A DNA stretch of 63,496 nucleotides, filler included, from Octopus bimaculoides (taxonomy: Eukaryota), in assembly GCF_001194135.2 (NCBI RefSeq). It is 6 parts of 5 records of this genome, joined end to end, with 100 filler letters (N's around TTAATTAATTAA, not from the genome) between each part and the next. Parts side by side here need not be neighbours in the genome. Positions count along the whole stretch, not along the records: positions 18,819 to 46,977 come from NC_068984.1; positions 47,078 to 56,764 come from NC_068991.1; 4 more parts are not named here. One strand, given 5' to 3'. The position numbers were made by a program, and so were the translations under genes. The notes under the pieces were generated by a model. It had not been told where the DNA came from and ran no database searches. It saw only the letters and a program-made list of their open reading frames with translations. Shown piece after piece: positions 38,267 through 51,902 of this stretch; within the stretch, counting starts at the first letter, position 1, and the number at the start of each line of letters is the position of its first letter.

Positions 38267-38709
38267 GTCAATTAAGGTGCTAGATAGCAGTTTAGGGACT
38301 TGACTACCCTTTGTGTTAGCAAAAAAACAAAAAGAAAAAAGAAAAAGAAAACAGCGCTGAAAGGGTTAATAAGAGGAAGTAAAGTACTTAAAGTAAGTAT
38401 CAAAAAATAGATTAAAAAAGTATATATAATTATATGTAAAAAAAAATATATACACACACACATGTACATATGCATTTTATATATATATAAAATACAATAT
38501 AATACATTGTATATGATTGTTATATTATGTGTGTGTTTGTGTGTGTGTACATATATATGTATACATATTTTTTTCTTTATATTTAATTTATATACTTTTT
38601 AAAGCTATTTACTCTTTTTTAACCACTTCCTCTTTTTATCCCTTTTTGTTTTGTTGTTAACACAAAGGGTAGTCAACTCTCTGATCTTCTATTGAGCATC
38701 TTAATTGAC
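38267..38709. repeat. Long imperfect inverted repeat
   Basis: Arms at about 38267-38427 and 38589-38709, with a 19-bp perfect core TTGACTACCCTTTGTGTTA / TAACACAAAGGGTAGTCAA. Confidence 0.8.
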
Positions 38710-38775
38710 ATGAAACGACATAACTTTATTTTTACTGACTAAAGTAAGTTAACTTCAGGCTTCCATACATTATAC

Positions 38776-38840
<65 letters not shown>

Positions 38841-39132
38841 GAGAAAATTTTGTATGTATATTTAGAGTTGAATCACTGGTGTAAGTAACCATAATGTTCT
38901 GGTGATCTGATGAGGTAGCTTTCTTTATCACCATTGATTTGTGAATATACCCTTTTACAATGCATTGCATGCATATTAATACAAGTATGTAAATATAATT
39001 TTATTCCGCGCTGAAATTATTACCATAGGAAGAAGGCTGTGAAACAGTTGTAATCTTAAGGATGTCAAGTGGTTAATTATGTTCATCTATCATACTTCCT
39101 CTGTGTGTGTGTATGTATATATATGTATGTGC

Positions 39133-39195
<63 letters not shown>

Positions 39196-39584
39196 TACAG
39201 TCTTGGCTGTGTGGTTAAGAAGTTCACTTCAGGACCACAGGATTCAGGGTACAACCCGACTGTGGAGTATCCTGGACAAGTATCTTCCCATTATAGTTTT
39301 CGATTGACCAAATACCTTGTGAGTGAACTGGTAATTCTTCAGAAGCATCTTGCATGTGTGTGTGTATTTATACATGTGTATGTGTATTTATACATGTGTA
39401 TCTATGGCTGTTTTTAACGTTTATGGTCTCAAAACCACTGGTTATGTTTGTATCATTACTTGTTCTGTAATGTAGCTGTTCAGCAAGTAGAGATTAATAA
39501 AATAACAAGTACCGAGACTAGTATAATCAACTAAAGCCTTGAAGGTAGCGTTTCAGCATAGCTGTAGTCTAATTATTGGAAAGA

Positions 39585-39626
<42 letters not shown>

Positions 39627-40652
39627 ATGACAATGATAATAATAATCCATGGATGGAATTTATAAATATTTTGAAATATTAAAATATTTATATATTCCCT
39701 CCATGCAAGTTGGTATCATTAGGCTTTAGCCAACATAATGAAATAGGACCATTTATATGCACACTCAAAAACGTTTCCTGTAAACGAACATAAAAGATAT
39801 ATGTGTGTGTTTGTGTGTGTATAGAGAGAGAGAGAGAGAGAGTGAGAGTGAGAGAGAAAGAGAGTCATACATACACTAGCTCATTGCTAGTTGTCTTGTA
39901 CTATCAGTGTATTTATAAAATGTAAGGATAGTGACTAACGGATGCGTTGAAAGTACTGGATAAGATACTTTACTTTGCAGTATAAAGTTTCACTCCTCTG
40001 TATTCTGAGTTCAAGTCCTAGAAGAGTTGAATTCACTTTTCGTCCTTTTAAGGTGGATAAAAGAATTGCTTGTAATGTACTGGAGGTGGGAGAGGGTTTA
40101 TTTAATCACTTATATTTCCTATTAAAGCTGGTTTTGTGCCATATTATTTAACCAATATATTAGCAGTGTTTAATTGATTGACTGAGGTGTATGAGAGAAA
40201 ATGAATATTAATATTTAAGGTATAAAATGTTATGGAAAATTGCTATGACAGATGACTAAATGTTGAAATTGTTTCTGTTACTTGTTACCAACTTACTGCC
40301 AATAGTCCATACTCACTGTTGATACTCCTCTGTGCTTCCATACTTTAACTTAACATTATTTTTCTGATGTTCTTTATTATGTCCCCTTACTTCTTCTCAC
40401 CTTCTCTCATTTATGTTTTTAACCGTTCCTCTTTTTTATCTGTACATACATGCACAAACATGCAGACATTTATTTTAGATACATCTCTATATATGTATAC
40501 ACATGCACAGAAACACATACACTTATATATATGAGTGTGTTTGTGTGTGTGTGTTTACATATATATATATATAAAAGTGTAGGTGGCATACGAGTGAGTA
40601 TATATTTATAAAAAAGAAGTTTGAAAACACCAATATATAAAAAATGAATTTT

Positions 40653-40848
40653 AATTTATAATTTTGTCAGAGATATTTTTAACATGTTACGTTTCTTGAA
40701 AAAACTGAACCTTATCAAAAATACATATTTAAAGGAACAATTATGAACTTCTCATTTAATTTCATTTTTTTAAATATGTATTTTTGATGAAGTTCGTTTT
40801 TTCAAGAACCGAAACATGTTAAAAATATCTCTGACAAAATTATAAATT
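40653..40848. repeat. Inverted repeat with about 78-bp arms and a 39-bp spacer, running into a gap
   Basis: 40653-40731 versus the reverse complement of 40771-40848: near identical with a few substitutions and indels. Confidence 0.85.
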
Positions 40849-41744
40849 NNNNNNNNNNNNNNNNNNNNNNNNNNNNNNNNNNNNNNNNNNNNNNNNNNNN
40901 NNNNNNNNNNNNNNNNNNNNNNNNNNNNNNNNNNNNNNNNNNNNNNNNNNNNNNNNNNNNNNNNNNNNNNNNNNNNNNNNNNNNNNNNNNNNNNNNNNNN
41001 NNNNTATATATATACATACACACAGATACATACATACGTACATATGTACATACATACATATCTAGACTCATTCTTTTCATGACAATTAATGACTGATATC
41101 TCAGAAAGAAATTCCGCAGATATAAAACATTATTACTAAAGCTAAGTATTGAGTAATACTTGTATTGTATGTATTTTCCAGTCTTATCCTTGAACTTTAC
41201 TCCAAAGACCAGACAATGTCTAATCTAAGAATGTTATCAAGTTTATGAGTTTCAACTTCAGATTTCATAATCCTATAACTAGTCTCAGAATTACATGTAT
41301 TCTGTATCACAATTAAAGAAAAAAATGCAATAATTTTTGGATTATCTATGTAAACTTCTAAAATTCCTTTCTGATAATGAGAATGGAATTTAGAGAGAAA
41401 TGGATAATGTCAAGCAATAAAATTTGATTTTAATTTGCTGTATGCTAGTATATGCATTATACAACAGAACAATTACTCAATAGGATAAATGTATTTTGTC
41501 TGTGTTTCTCAGGCTTAGAATATTTTTTTAGGTTTCTTTTAGAGGTCTTTTATCATTAATCAATTATATTGAAGTCTTCTAGCATTTCTTGATGGCATAT
41601 AAATATATTTACACATGTTCATGAGTCATATTTACCAAACACACACATATACACAAATATATATGTATGTGCGTGCATATGCACACACACTCATATATGT
41701 ATTTAGATAGATGTATGTATATATTATATTTACACATTCATATA

Positions 41745-41775
<31 letters not shown>

Positions 41776-42252
41776 TCGGAAATGTATGTTGATATAGCCA
41801 TAACTTTCACTGACGGCAAAAATTAAGATGCTTATGGTGTGATATGTACACAAACACATGAGTGCGCCCAAACACACATACACATCATCATCATCATCAT
41901 TCCTCAACCAAATATCTTGAAACATGAAAAGCTTGACAGATTTTCTTGTGATATTGGTGTATGTGTTGTATGGGGTGGACTGCTAGGCCAATACCCTACC
42001 TTTTTTCTGAGAGAAAGAGACATCGTACCCTCATAGCTACAATGCAGCACTGTAAGCCAACAACAACATCGCTCAGCAATTGCACACTGCAGATGCTGCT
42101 GCTGTTGTTAATGGCAAGAATCATTTCTTGGACATGTACACCCTGCAGTGCTGGTCACAGAATACAAATCCTCAAAGTCCTTCCCTGCATGTCCAGTATC
42201 CATGCTCTCCCTTTCTCGCTCTGTCTTTCTCATTTCTCTCTCTATGTATTTG

Positions 42253-42291
<39 letters not shown>

Positions 42292-43131
42292 ACATATATA
42301 TATATAATATCAAGCAATGAGAATGAGTGCTCAACACCACATTGGTGGATAAAAATTATATATGCATTAAGGCTACCATTAGTTTCATGTTAAGTGAAAT
42401 CTCTTAACAATTATCAAGTCTGCCACATTGATCATCGGTGTTCGTCTCCATCCAAGATATTCCATGTGACAGGCTAGAAGATTGTTAAGGGATTCATTTT
42501 AACATGTAACCAATGGTAGCTTTAACCCATAAACAAAGAATATATGTACTTGTACATATATGTATGTATATATGCACACCTCAGTTGTTGCCACCAGTTA
42601 TGGTTATAATTCAAGTCCTGTACAATATTTAAACTATTTGCACATTCATGAAACAAAGAGTTTTTTGAGTAATAATTACATTACTTACTAAATCACAGCT
42701 CTCTATAACTTTTATCCTTTAATTATATTCTATAATTAACAACATTAATGTAAAAAAAAAACAAAAGAAAGAAAACCAGTCATTTTCAATTCTTTTCTTG
42801 CTCTTTTCTCAATATTTTCAGAATTGTTTGTTTTTAATTTTGTATTTAAATTTTTTTAATTTTCTATTTTACTTTATCTTAGTCCTTTATCATCTTATAA
42901 TCCATTTTAAAATCTATTATGATCTGTTTAGAAAATCAGTTTCATCTTAGCTTTAGACCGTTTCACTAAAGAAGTCTTAGACTCTCAGACATAAACTACA
43001 TAATTATAATCACAGTTATCTTTCCATGCTTATTTGTAGAGCTAGAACTGAAAAGGTTTGAAGCAGTTTTCCTTCATAAATAATATAGCGAAATCTTTTT
43101 TATTTATCTATTATTATTATTGTTGTTGTTA

Positions 43132-43196
<65 letters not shown>

Positions 43197-45643
43197 ATTA
43201 TTATTATTATTATTTTGGCCTGATAATAGCAAAATATTGAACTATTTTTTCAATGTTGCTATTGTTTTAAAAAAATTTTGAAATCATAATCAGTATTCGT
43301 AGTAGTAGTTGTAGTAGTAGCAGTAGTAGTATATTTTTTAATACTTTTGAAAGTATTTGGCCAATATGTTTTTGGTTCTAGGAATGAGTGCATAAAATGT
43401 ATATAGATGGATGTGTGTATGATAAAAATGTATGTGACAGTATGCAGATGCGTATGTTAAGGAAAACAACAGCGACCTTCATCCGGTTGTGTCTTACTGC
43501 TGCACTATTCAGAATTTACCTTGTAAATGTGACATTCAATTTCCATATGTTGCAAACAACAGATATGAAATATATTTCTTAAGTCTATTTTTTTTTAAGG
43601 AATAAGTTATAAAATATGAAGAAAGAAAAACAAACAAACAAGCAGAAGAATTTACTCTAAAAAATAATAATACCAAACTGATAACTAATTTACAGTGATA
43701 TCTTAATATCTTGAGAGAACCTTATGGGCAATTTAAGTTTCACTTTGACCTCTGGATCCATCAAAGCTAGGATTAGATCCTGTTACCATTTACATCTTAT
43801 ATATATATATATAGCTGAGAAGGGATTAAGAATCTACACAAATCAAAGGTTATAGGTGAAAAGTAAAAGTGGAAACAACATATAGGCCTACATATAAATA
43901 TAGTTTCTACAGTATTGGTTAGCTCTATCGTTTGTTTTATAACGCCTGTGTATAAACTCGAAATTGTAAATGCTGGAGTCTTATTGTCAATGGCTTTTCC
44001 TACATTTGTAATCGATAATGTAAGGTTCAGCAAATCACTCAGTTGACTGTATCACCCCAATTTACAGGAAGGTCCTCCAGTCAACTAGCCCGCCCTCTAT
44101 ACGGTCTCTCTACCTGCTACAAACTGTAGCCAAATACCCCTCCCCCAAAGAACATTGCATTGTTTTAACTACGAAGGACACGTCAGACAATGTATACAAA
44201 AAGACCTGATAAATGGGGTTGGAACATCTTTGATCATAGATCTACTCGATCGGGGTGATTTGAGGATTAAACAAAGTGGGTCTTTTGCCAAAGAAAATAT
44301 TGAATTAATACCAATAACGGTGTCAATAAATTAAATCTACTGACTTTTTTTTTTTAACTTTTAGAAAAAGGCATAAAAGACAACATACGAAGGGCGTGGT
44401 GAATAGTACAAAAAAAAACCGGCTTAGACTTTTAGTTTTGAATTTGTTAACCAGACAAGGTTCCATTCTCCTCAGCATCAACAATGCCAGTAATTAATTA
44501 CATTCGATCTCATTGACAATAACCCAGCCCGCCACTTAAATGAAATATTAAATAAATTGTGCATGAGAGCATGTTATTTTTCAAAAGATATACATGCATA
44601 CTTCCGATAGATTTGTCATGTGCTTAATTAACCTAGAAACTGGAGTAAATTTCGATGCTTTCACCCACACGATTTTCACTAAGAAATTTACCGAAACCAT
44701 TGTGTACATTACTTTTTTTTTTACTGACGACAGGTAAGATCATGCAAGGTTAAGTACGTTAGTAATTCTTAACAGTGTAAATTACAACATTATTTGCATC
44801 ACTTCTCTTTATTTATCCAGATAGGCCACATCTATTTCTAATAACTTAGCTCGTTTAGAAATCCCCAATCCAAATAATATTTGTATTTGCTAAGAATACT
44901 TAGAGTATCTATCTATCTCTCCATGACAATATCTTCCAGCCAAGTACGGACAGCTGCAAGTAAACATGCGATGAATTTATAGTGATGTCTGTAGAATTGT
45001 ATTTGTAAATAAACTGGCCCTTGCTGCTAAGATCGCCCGCTTCAGAGAAATACTTAAATTGACTTCTTAGCTGCATTGTTTACCTTATAACTGAATGTAA
45101 CTCCTTACTCTCTATTTCTCTAAAATTAGGCGCTGTACATTTACACCACATGCAAACAAACAAAAACATCGTAGACGCTTCACGGGTAGTTAAATACATG
45201 ATTGTTTTTCTGAAAATTTGTATATTAGCTTCGGTCTGTGTGTGTGTGTGTGTGTGTGTGGTGCTGGTGGTGCACATTGATTTTTATACATGCGAATATA
45301 CGAAATCAGTAGGTCACTGCACGTGTATGTGTGTGTGTGTTACACACACCGAACTGTTTTAAATAATATATATACTCATACATACATATACACAAACATA
45401 CACGCACATACATGTACGCATGCATGTATGCATACATAATTTAAAACAGTTTGATTCGGCTCCATGCAACTTAGTTACACAACCCTCAAATAGAAGCCCG
45501 CGAAACTTTAAGTTACCTGTTTTAACTGTTTTAAATAATACATGTACCTCCTACTAAATGTGTTGCGTGCCTTTTTGTTTCATTTTCCACTCACTCATAT
45601 ATATATACATACATATACATACACACACACACACACGTATATA

Positions 45644-46600
45644 CTAGCCTAAAAGTCGCACTCCATGTGGACTTTTGAGATGGTTCCTGTGGAAAGCTAA
45701 TTTGTCCTATAGCCCAAAACTAAAAAGGGCAATAATAAATCATTTATTGGTGCCCTACCATCTCAGATTTATATCACAGAGTATCACATTTGGAGAATTT
45801 TGTATCACTCTGACATTTGGAGATCACTGTAAAGCAGCAGGATAAACAACATTCTTGGTTTTACCATTTAGTGTGAGTATGAGAGATTGTTGCCATTTCT
45901 GGAACAACCAACATAAAGCTGACCATGGAAAAAGCACTGCTACATGAGGTGAAGTCCAACAATTTTCAGCGATTGTCTTTGACTCTCGTTAATCGACATT
46001 GCAAAACTAACTCTTACTGGAAATTGAAGTCTCTTGAATCAGTGGAATTCTTGGAATAAACACATTGTCTCCCTTTCCTTGTCCAGTGAGAATTGTTGCT
46101 TCCAAAAGATGTGGATGCATTTGCCTGACAATCAGTCTTGTTCCATTGCACAGCTTTGGAAGATCCAGATTTCCCAAAAGCATAATTAGAACTCCTTTCT
46201 TCAATGTTAGTTTGTAAGAAGGCATTTCAGGAGGATCCACAGAGTTAAGAAGCTCAGTAGGATAATTCACAGCCTCATTAAGATCCACAATAGCATCAGA
46301 TGCGAAATAATTTTTTCCCTGAGTATTGACTGATTGCATAAGTTTCCAATTGACAATCTGGACAGTTCCATTCTTTGGTGCAAGTATGGCTCTTTCACAA
46401 AGCCAATCATGATCTTGAAAATTATGTCCAATATTTGGGTAAAACTTTGTAATCAACTCTTCTAAAGTGTTGACCAAAATGCCACAGCCATCTGGAAAAG
46501 TGATGTCTCCATTTCTGTTTTGCTGAATACTTCCATTTCCCAGATCCAGTAGTTGAGCTGCAAATCTTTCAGTATCCAAATCTCTGAATAAACTGACTAG
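45644..46600 (-). mobile_element. Helitron 3' portion (PIF1-like helicase C-terminus plus terminal hairpin and CTAG)
   Basis: ERAILAPKN, NYPTELLNS, MLL.NLD..KLCNGTRL, FIPRIPLI, SFAMSINESQ.QSL, HGQLYVGCSR, KNVVYP..LQ* (stop at 45824-45826); hairpin at 45651-45676; CTAG|T terminus at 45644. Confidence 0.9.
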
Positions 46601-47417
46601 GCCGAAAGTCCTGTTTGGATCAAAAGCTTGAGTTCTTCAATATTTCACTCTAACTTGGATCTAGTTTTAAATGAACTGAATTGAAAATATTTTTTAAATT
46701 CACAAAGCTTTGGTAGTACTTTAAATTCAGTTTAAATGAAAAACTTGTAAGTTCACAAATTTTTTGAGTTCTTTTAAAATTTGAATTTTCAACTGTTAGC
46801 ATATAACACATCCTCATCTAGACCTGATCCCAATGCTAGATGTTCAAGAACCAAATTAAGGGCAGATTTTCAATCCTGGGATCATCCTGATTCCAAAATG
46901 GTATAATATGTCTGTGAAGAGCAAATGTTGACTGAAATACAAAAGTCCCAGATGGATGGGCAGAATTTCACATTTATNNNNNNNNNNNNNNNNNNNNNNN
47001 NNNNNNNNNNNNNNNNNNNNNTTAATTAATTAANNNNNNNNNNNNNNNNNNNNNNNNNNNNNNNNNNNNNNNNNNNNTATATATATATATGCATGTATGT
47101 AAACATCATGTGAGACAAACAATGAGAGGCGAACAGGGAATTGTATGGAAGTAGATATAAAACAAAACCGATTGTTAATAGGCATTGAAATATCAGCGTC
47201 TCATATTCTGCCTGTCTATCTATCTAAATCTATCTATCTGTCTGTCTGTCAGTGTATCTGTTTGTCTGATAGTCTGTGTGTCTGTGTTGATGTATACCCC
47301 CCGCCACACACATATAAGTGCGTATATATGCATTTGTTTGTATGTATGTATACATGCATATCCTTAGATATACATGCATGCATACATCTACACATACACA
47401 CAGACTATCAGACAAAC

Positions 47418-47459
<42 letters not shown>

Positions 47460-47532
47460 NNNNNNNNNNNNNNNNNNNNNNATATACATACATACATATA
47501 CATATATATAAATAGTAAATAATATATTATAC

Positions 47533-47573
<41 letters not shown>

Positions 47574-48817
47574 ATATATCTATATATATATATATATATA
47601 TACACATACATATATACATATATGGGTACAGGACATCACTAACGGTGCAAATAACATGAAATACGTAAACAACGAATAAAAATGGAAAACAGGACAACAG
47701 AGAAGGGACCCTTCATCAGTTGTCGGCTGTCTATGTACTCCTCACTTCGAGCGTGTATATACATATGTGAACTTTATGAAGGCTAATTTATTAAAGGTAA
47801 CATATAAATGTAATATATATGTATATAAATATATGAATGAATTTTAATGTTTAAGCATGAAATGAAGAAAGTGCAATAATAATGTTGACACTCATTGATG
47901 GTCGCTCCCAGTAACTGCCTTTAGCTTACGAAGTTCTTGTTTTTATAACTATCAAAAAGCAGCCAGAATGATAGACATATTGTTGAGAACAAATGATTTC
48001 GTTGGAGGTCTGTTATTTCCATTCCAGCTCCTGGTGGCCTAGAAGAGGTTAGGTGGGTCAAGTGGCAAAGGCATTATTCTGCCTAGCGAAGGCATCTGGG
48101 AAATGCATAACTGCTGTCATTCACAGAAAAACTATTGTCTTATCGTGAGAAAAGCGCTGTTGAAATGTTAAGTGAAATTTAGCAATCGAGGATCGAATCC
48201 ACGCTATGCCTGCATGAAGCCACTACAAATACGTTGTGGAATAAAAAATTTATCTACTGTCATGGAGGAAAAAGTGTAACTGTAAAAATGCAGAATTATT
48301 GGAGTATGTATGTATAGAAATGTATCAATGAAGTCTTTAAGGTTTAAGATTCAAATCAAGGAAGTGCAATAATAATGTTTAACAGTTGAAAACTGTGAGT
48401 AGTGAAATGCAGAATTAGGTCGGCTGATCGTGAGAATCAAATATTGATCGCTTCGCTAAAACCTGCAGTTGGTATGGATTATTTCCCTTGAGTTGTTTAA
48501 ATAAAATATTTGCAATATATAGTCGATAGAAGGATCCATTGGAGAGGCCCTATTATCGATGTTTTTTTCAACAATCTAAGTATGTAACGAGGTTTCCAGA
48601 CATGAGTTCTACTCACGTTTCAAATAAAATATAAAAGTGATATTGTTTGCAAAAATTAGAAATTGGACGCACAAAAAATTAATATTCAAAGTAATCGAAC
48701 ATAAACTATGAAAATGCAAAATATTTCTAAATTCGATGGATTAATTAGTTTCATGAAAATGTATGAGCTGTAAATAAGCAATAAGTATTATGATTTGTAA
48801 AATAAGTATATGTGATA

Positions 48818-48913
48818 CAGGGTGTCCCAACTGAATGTTGTATGGAAGTTTGGCTTCATTTTTTAAGAATTTTAAGCATTCAAAGTATGAGTTCATTGTA
48901 CTGGGACACACTT
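48818..48913. mobile_element. Small Tc1-type MITE
   Basis: TA-CAGGGTGTCCCA ... TGGGACACACTT-A; 11-12 bp TIR with mismatches. Confidence 0.55.
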
Positions 48914-49333
48914 ATTAAATACGTTCTGGAATCAAAACTTTATGTGCTATTATGGAAAAATTTTAAATGGAAAAATGCAGAATTATCGGAGTTATGGGCA
49001 TTGAAAGTGTACATGCATCAAGAAAGTGCAATGATCAGGTTTAGCAGATGTAAACTGTGAGTAGTGAAATGCAGAATTAGGTGCACTGATCGTGAGAATC
49101 AAATATTAATCGCATCGCTAAAATCTAACAACTGTAAATGCAGATGCTATGGGTTATTTCCCTTGGATGTTTTTTAAAAAAAATCTGTTATATGAGGTAC
49201 ATATAAAGATCCCTTCCAGAGACCGTATTATGGACTTTATCAACAATCTAAGTATGTCACGAGGTTTCCAGACATGAGTTCTACTTATGTGTCAAGTTTC
49301 ATCAAAATCAATAAAACGATGTAGGAGGATTTT

Positions 49334-49427
<94 letters not shown>

Positions 49428-49742
49428 GTATAGAAGTTTTTGTAGTGTATGTGTGTTTCCTGCTTGCTTGTTTGTGTGTATGTATGTATCTGTCTATTTT
49501 TATGTGTATGCGTACGGAGAAAGGGTTAGCCGGTGGTGTGGAAGTTGAAGTAACATGTGGAAACATATGGTGAGTATGTGTGACGACTGAATAGACATCA
49601 AATCATTTATATGGAGCGTTTTAGTGTTTTAGCATTACTATCATTGTGTAAGGCTGAGACTACACACATACATACACACAAACACACAACACAGCACAAC
49701 ACATACGTACGTATATATGTATATGTATATGCATATATGTAC

Positions 49743-49785
<43 letters not shown>

Positions 49786-49795
49786 NNNNNNNNNN

Positions 49796-49796
<1 letters not shown>

Positions 49797-49836
<40 letters not shown>

Positions 49837-49910
49837 AGAAGCAACAGCAACAGAAGCAACAACAACAGAAGCAACAACAACAGCGGCAGCAACAACAAAA
49901 AACAACAACA
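49797..49910. repeat. (CAA)n/(CAG)n simple repeat
   Basis: Read directly. Similar trinucleotide tracts at 54640-54890 and 56320-56435. Confidence 0.9.
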
Positions 49911-50339
49911 GCATTATCTACAATGGCAACAACCACAGCAGTTACAATGACAGCAACATCAATAACGAAAGTAAGGAAGACAAGCGAAACGGCCAATCAC
50001 GAAACTTTAGAAAAAAATAAAAAACATAAAATGGAAATAGTAAAAAAAAAAGCATAAAACTAACGATGCCTTGTGATTTTAAGGAGAAGAGATTAGTCGA
50101 TAAACAACGACCCTAGCACTCTCTACTAGTAACCTATCTTATTGCCTCCGAAATGTAAAGCTTATTCTGGGCGGAATTTGTAAAGAGCCAGAAAAATTCT
50201 GCCCGTTAGCCGTCTCAGTAATCCTTTCCATTATAGGCATAAAGCTTGACTGGTCTTTATAATCATCGAATGCGAAAGGAATTTGAGTTCAGAACACAGA
50301 GACGGACAAAATGTCCGCCGAGCATGTGCCTTAGTAACT

Positions 50340-50730
50340 GACAATATGTGCATCTCTGATCACGAGCAGAAGTAGTGGGGGAACATCATAGCCATGTGTT
50401 GAGAGGAATTCTCTGGGGTTTGAATGATTCACTTTTGGAAACATGGGTGTTTTGCTCAACATCCTTAAACGAACCTTATTCAGGGACCTTTTGAGCGGGA
50501 TGGGCTACTCGACCTGAAGAAAATTCTAACTGGGCCCCACCTGCAAGGTCATGCGCTGTTTATCTTGATATGAGACCGCCATGTTGCGTACGTATGGTTG
50601 TGATGCATGTGCCTAGTGCACCCTTATCAGACGGGTAGTCATGATGGGTATATTGGGCTTCGTATATTTTACCCCAGTGTCACTTCGATGGCATGCACTG
50701 CTCTCTCACTCAATAATAATAATAATAATA
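50340..50730 (+). mobile_element. Interspersed SINE-like repeat ending in (TAA)n
   Basis: GC-richer body ending GCACTGCTCTCTCACTC(AAT)n; family assignment uncertain. Confidence 0.5.
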
Positions 50731-50883
50731 ATGAGGATGATGATGTTGACGATTATGATGATGAGGAGGAGGAGGAGGAGGAGGAAATACGCAAGTTTTG
50801 GGNNNNNNNNNNCTCAATAATAATAATAATAATAATGAGGATGATGATGTTGACGATTATGATGATGATGAGGAGGAGGAGGA

Positions 50884-51175
50884 GGAGGAGGAGGAAATAC
50901 GCAAGTTTTGGGCAATGAAGAGAGTGGACGTGATACCAACAGTAATTGGCGCGCTTGGAAGTTATCAGCACTCAACTACCAGCATGGCTCAAAAAGATTG
51001 GTACAAATGTAAAGATAGAACACTTAAAATAATCATCATTGATTGGAACTGCAAGAGTTCTCCGCAGGGTTCATGAAGTAAACACGTGTCACTTCAGTCG
51101 GCTGGCTGCGGACAGTTGACACTATCCATCATACCCAGCAAAATGAGCTCAGAGTTTCATCAAATAATAATATTG
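50884..51175 (+). mobile_element. 5'-truncated Dong/R4-like LINE 3' end with (TAA)-rich tail
   Basis: EEIRKFWAMKRVDVIPTVIGALG..LPAWLKKIG..E.L..IGTARVLRRV, typical of the R4-clade RLE C-terminus; tail AATAATAATATTGATAAAAAATAAT. Confidence 0.75.
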
Positions 51176-51234
51176 ATAAAAAATAATCCTTTATATTATA
51201 AGGCCTGGAATTATAGAAGGCCTGGAATAATATA

Positions 51235-51400
51235 AGGGGTAGTCGATTACATCGACCCCAGTAGTCAACTGGTCCTTATTTTGTCAACTTCGAAAAGATG
51301 AGAAGGAAAGTGGACCTCGGCGGAATTTGGAATTAGAAACGTAAAGTCGGATGAAAGGCCGCTAAGCATTTTGAACTGCGAGCTAAAGATTGCGCCAACA
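51235..51400 (-). mobile_element. tRNA-derived SINE (same family as 23366-23700)
   Basis: GTCGATTACATCGACCCCAGT..ACTGGT..GACCTCGGCGGAATTTG..GCTAAGCATTT. Confidence 0.7.
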
Positions 51401-51687
51401 AAACTCAATATATAGGTATATGGCATGGTGTCAAGTTTTGGGGCTTCGATGTGATTTGAACTCAGAAAATTGGGAACTAGGAAACGTCAATAACAGCGAT
51501 AACAAGAGCAACAGGAACCGCGATATCAGCAGTAATTATGAATTAATTATGAATTAATTAAAATTAAATTAGCATTTTATATGTATCTATGTGTGTGTGT
51601 ATCTATGTACATGTATGCACGTATGTGTGTGTATATAAGTTGGTCTGGATACACACACACACAAACACTCACACACACACATACATA

Positions 51688-51719
<32 letters not shown>

Positions 51720-51871
51720 CACTCACACACTCAAACGCACATTCACATATACATATATTGATACATAGATATATATACCACGTCTTAAATTACATATTGT
51801 CAATTTGTAAGCCTGTGTACCTTCATGTATGTGTGTATATATGCGTTTATGTCGTCCGAGCATATGCATGC

Positions 51872-51902
<31 letters not shown>

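Noticed and set aside
41961-42320. Non-repetitive-looking ORFs of 75-119 aa
   Set aside because: Overlapping frames of similar length ending in microsatellite; no domain or splice signals recognised.
47640-47760. Minus-strand CTGATGAAGGG hammerhead-like start
   Set aside because: No downstream GAAA or stem III and no cleavage triplet found.
49607-50057. Poly-Q/T/C/L ORFs
   Set aside because: Translations of (CAA)n and (TA)n microsatellites across a gap; no splice or domain support. Similarly 54759-54974 and 56286-56675.
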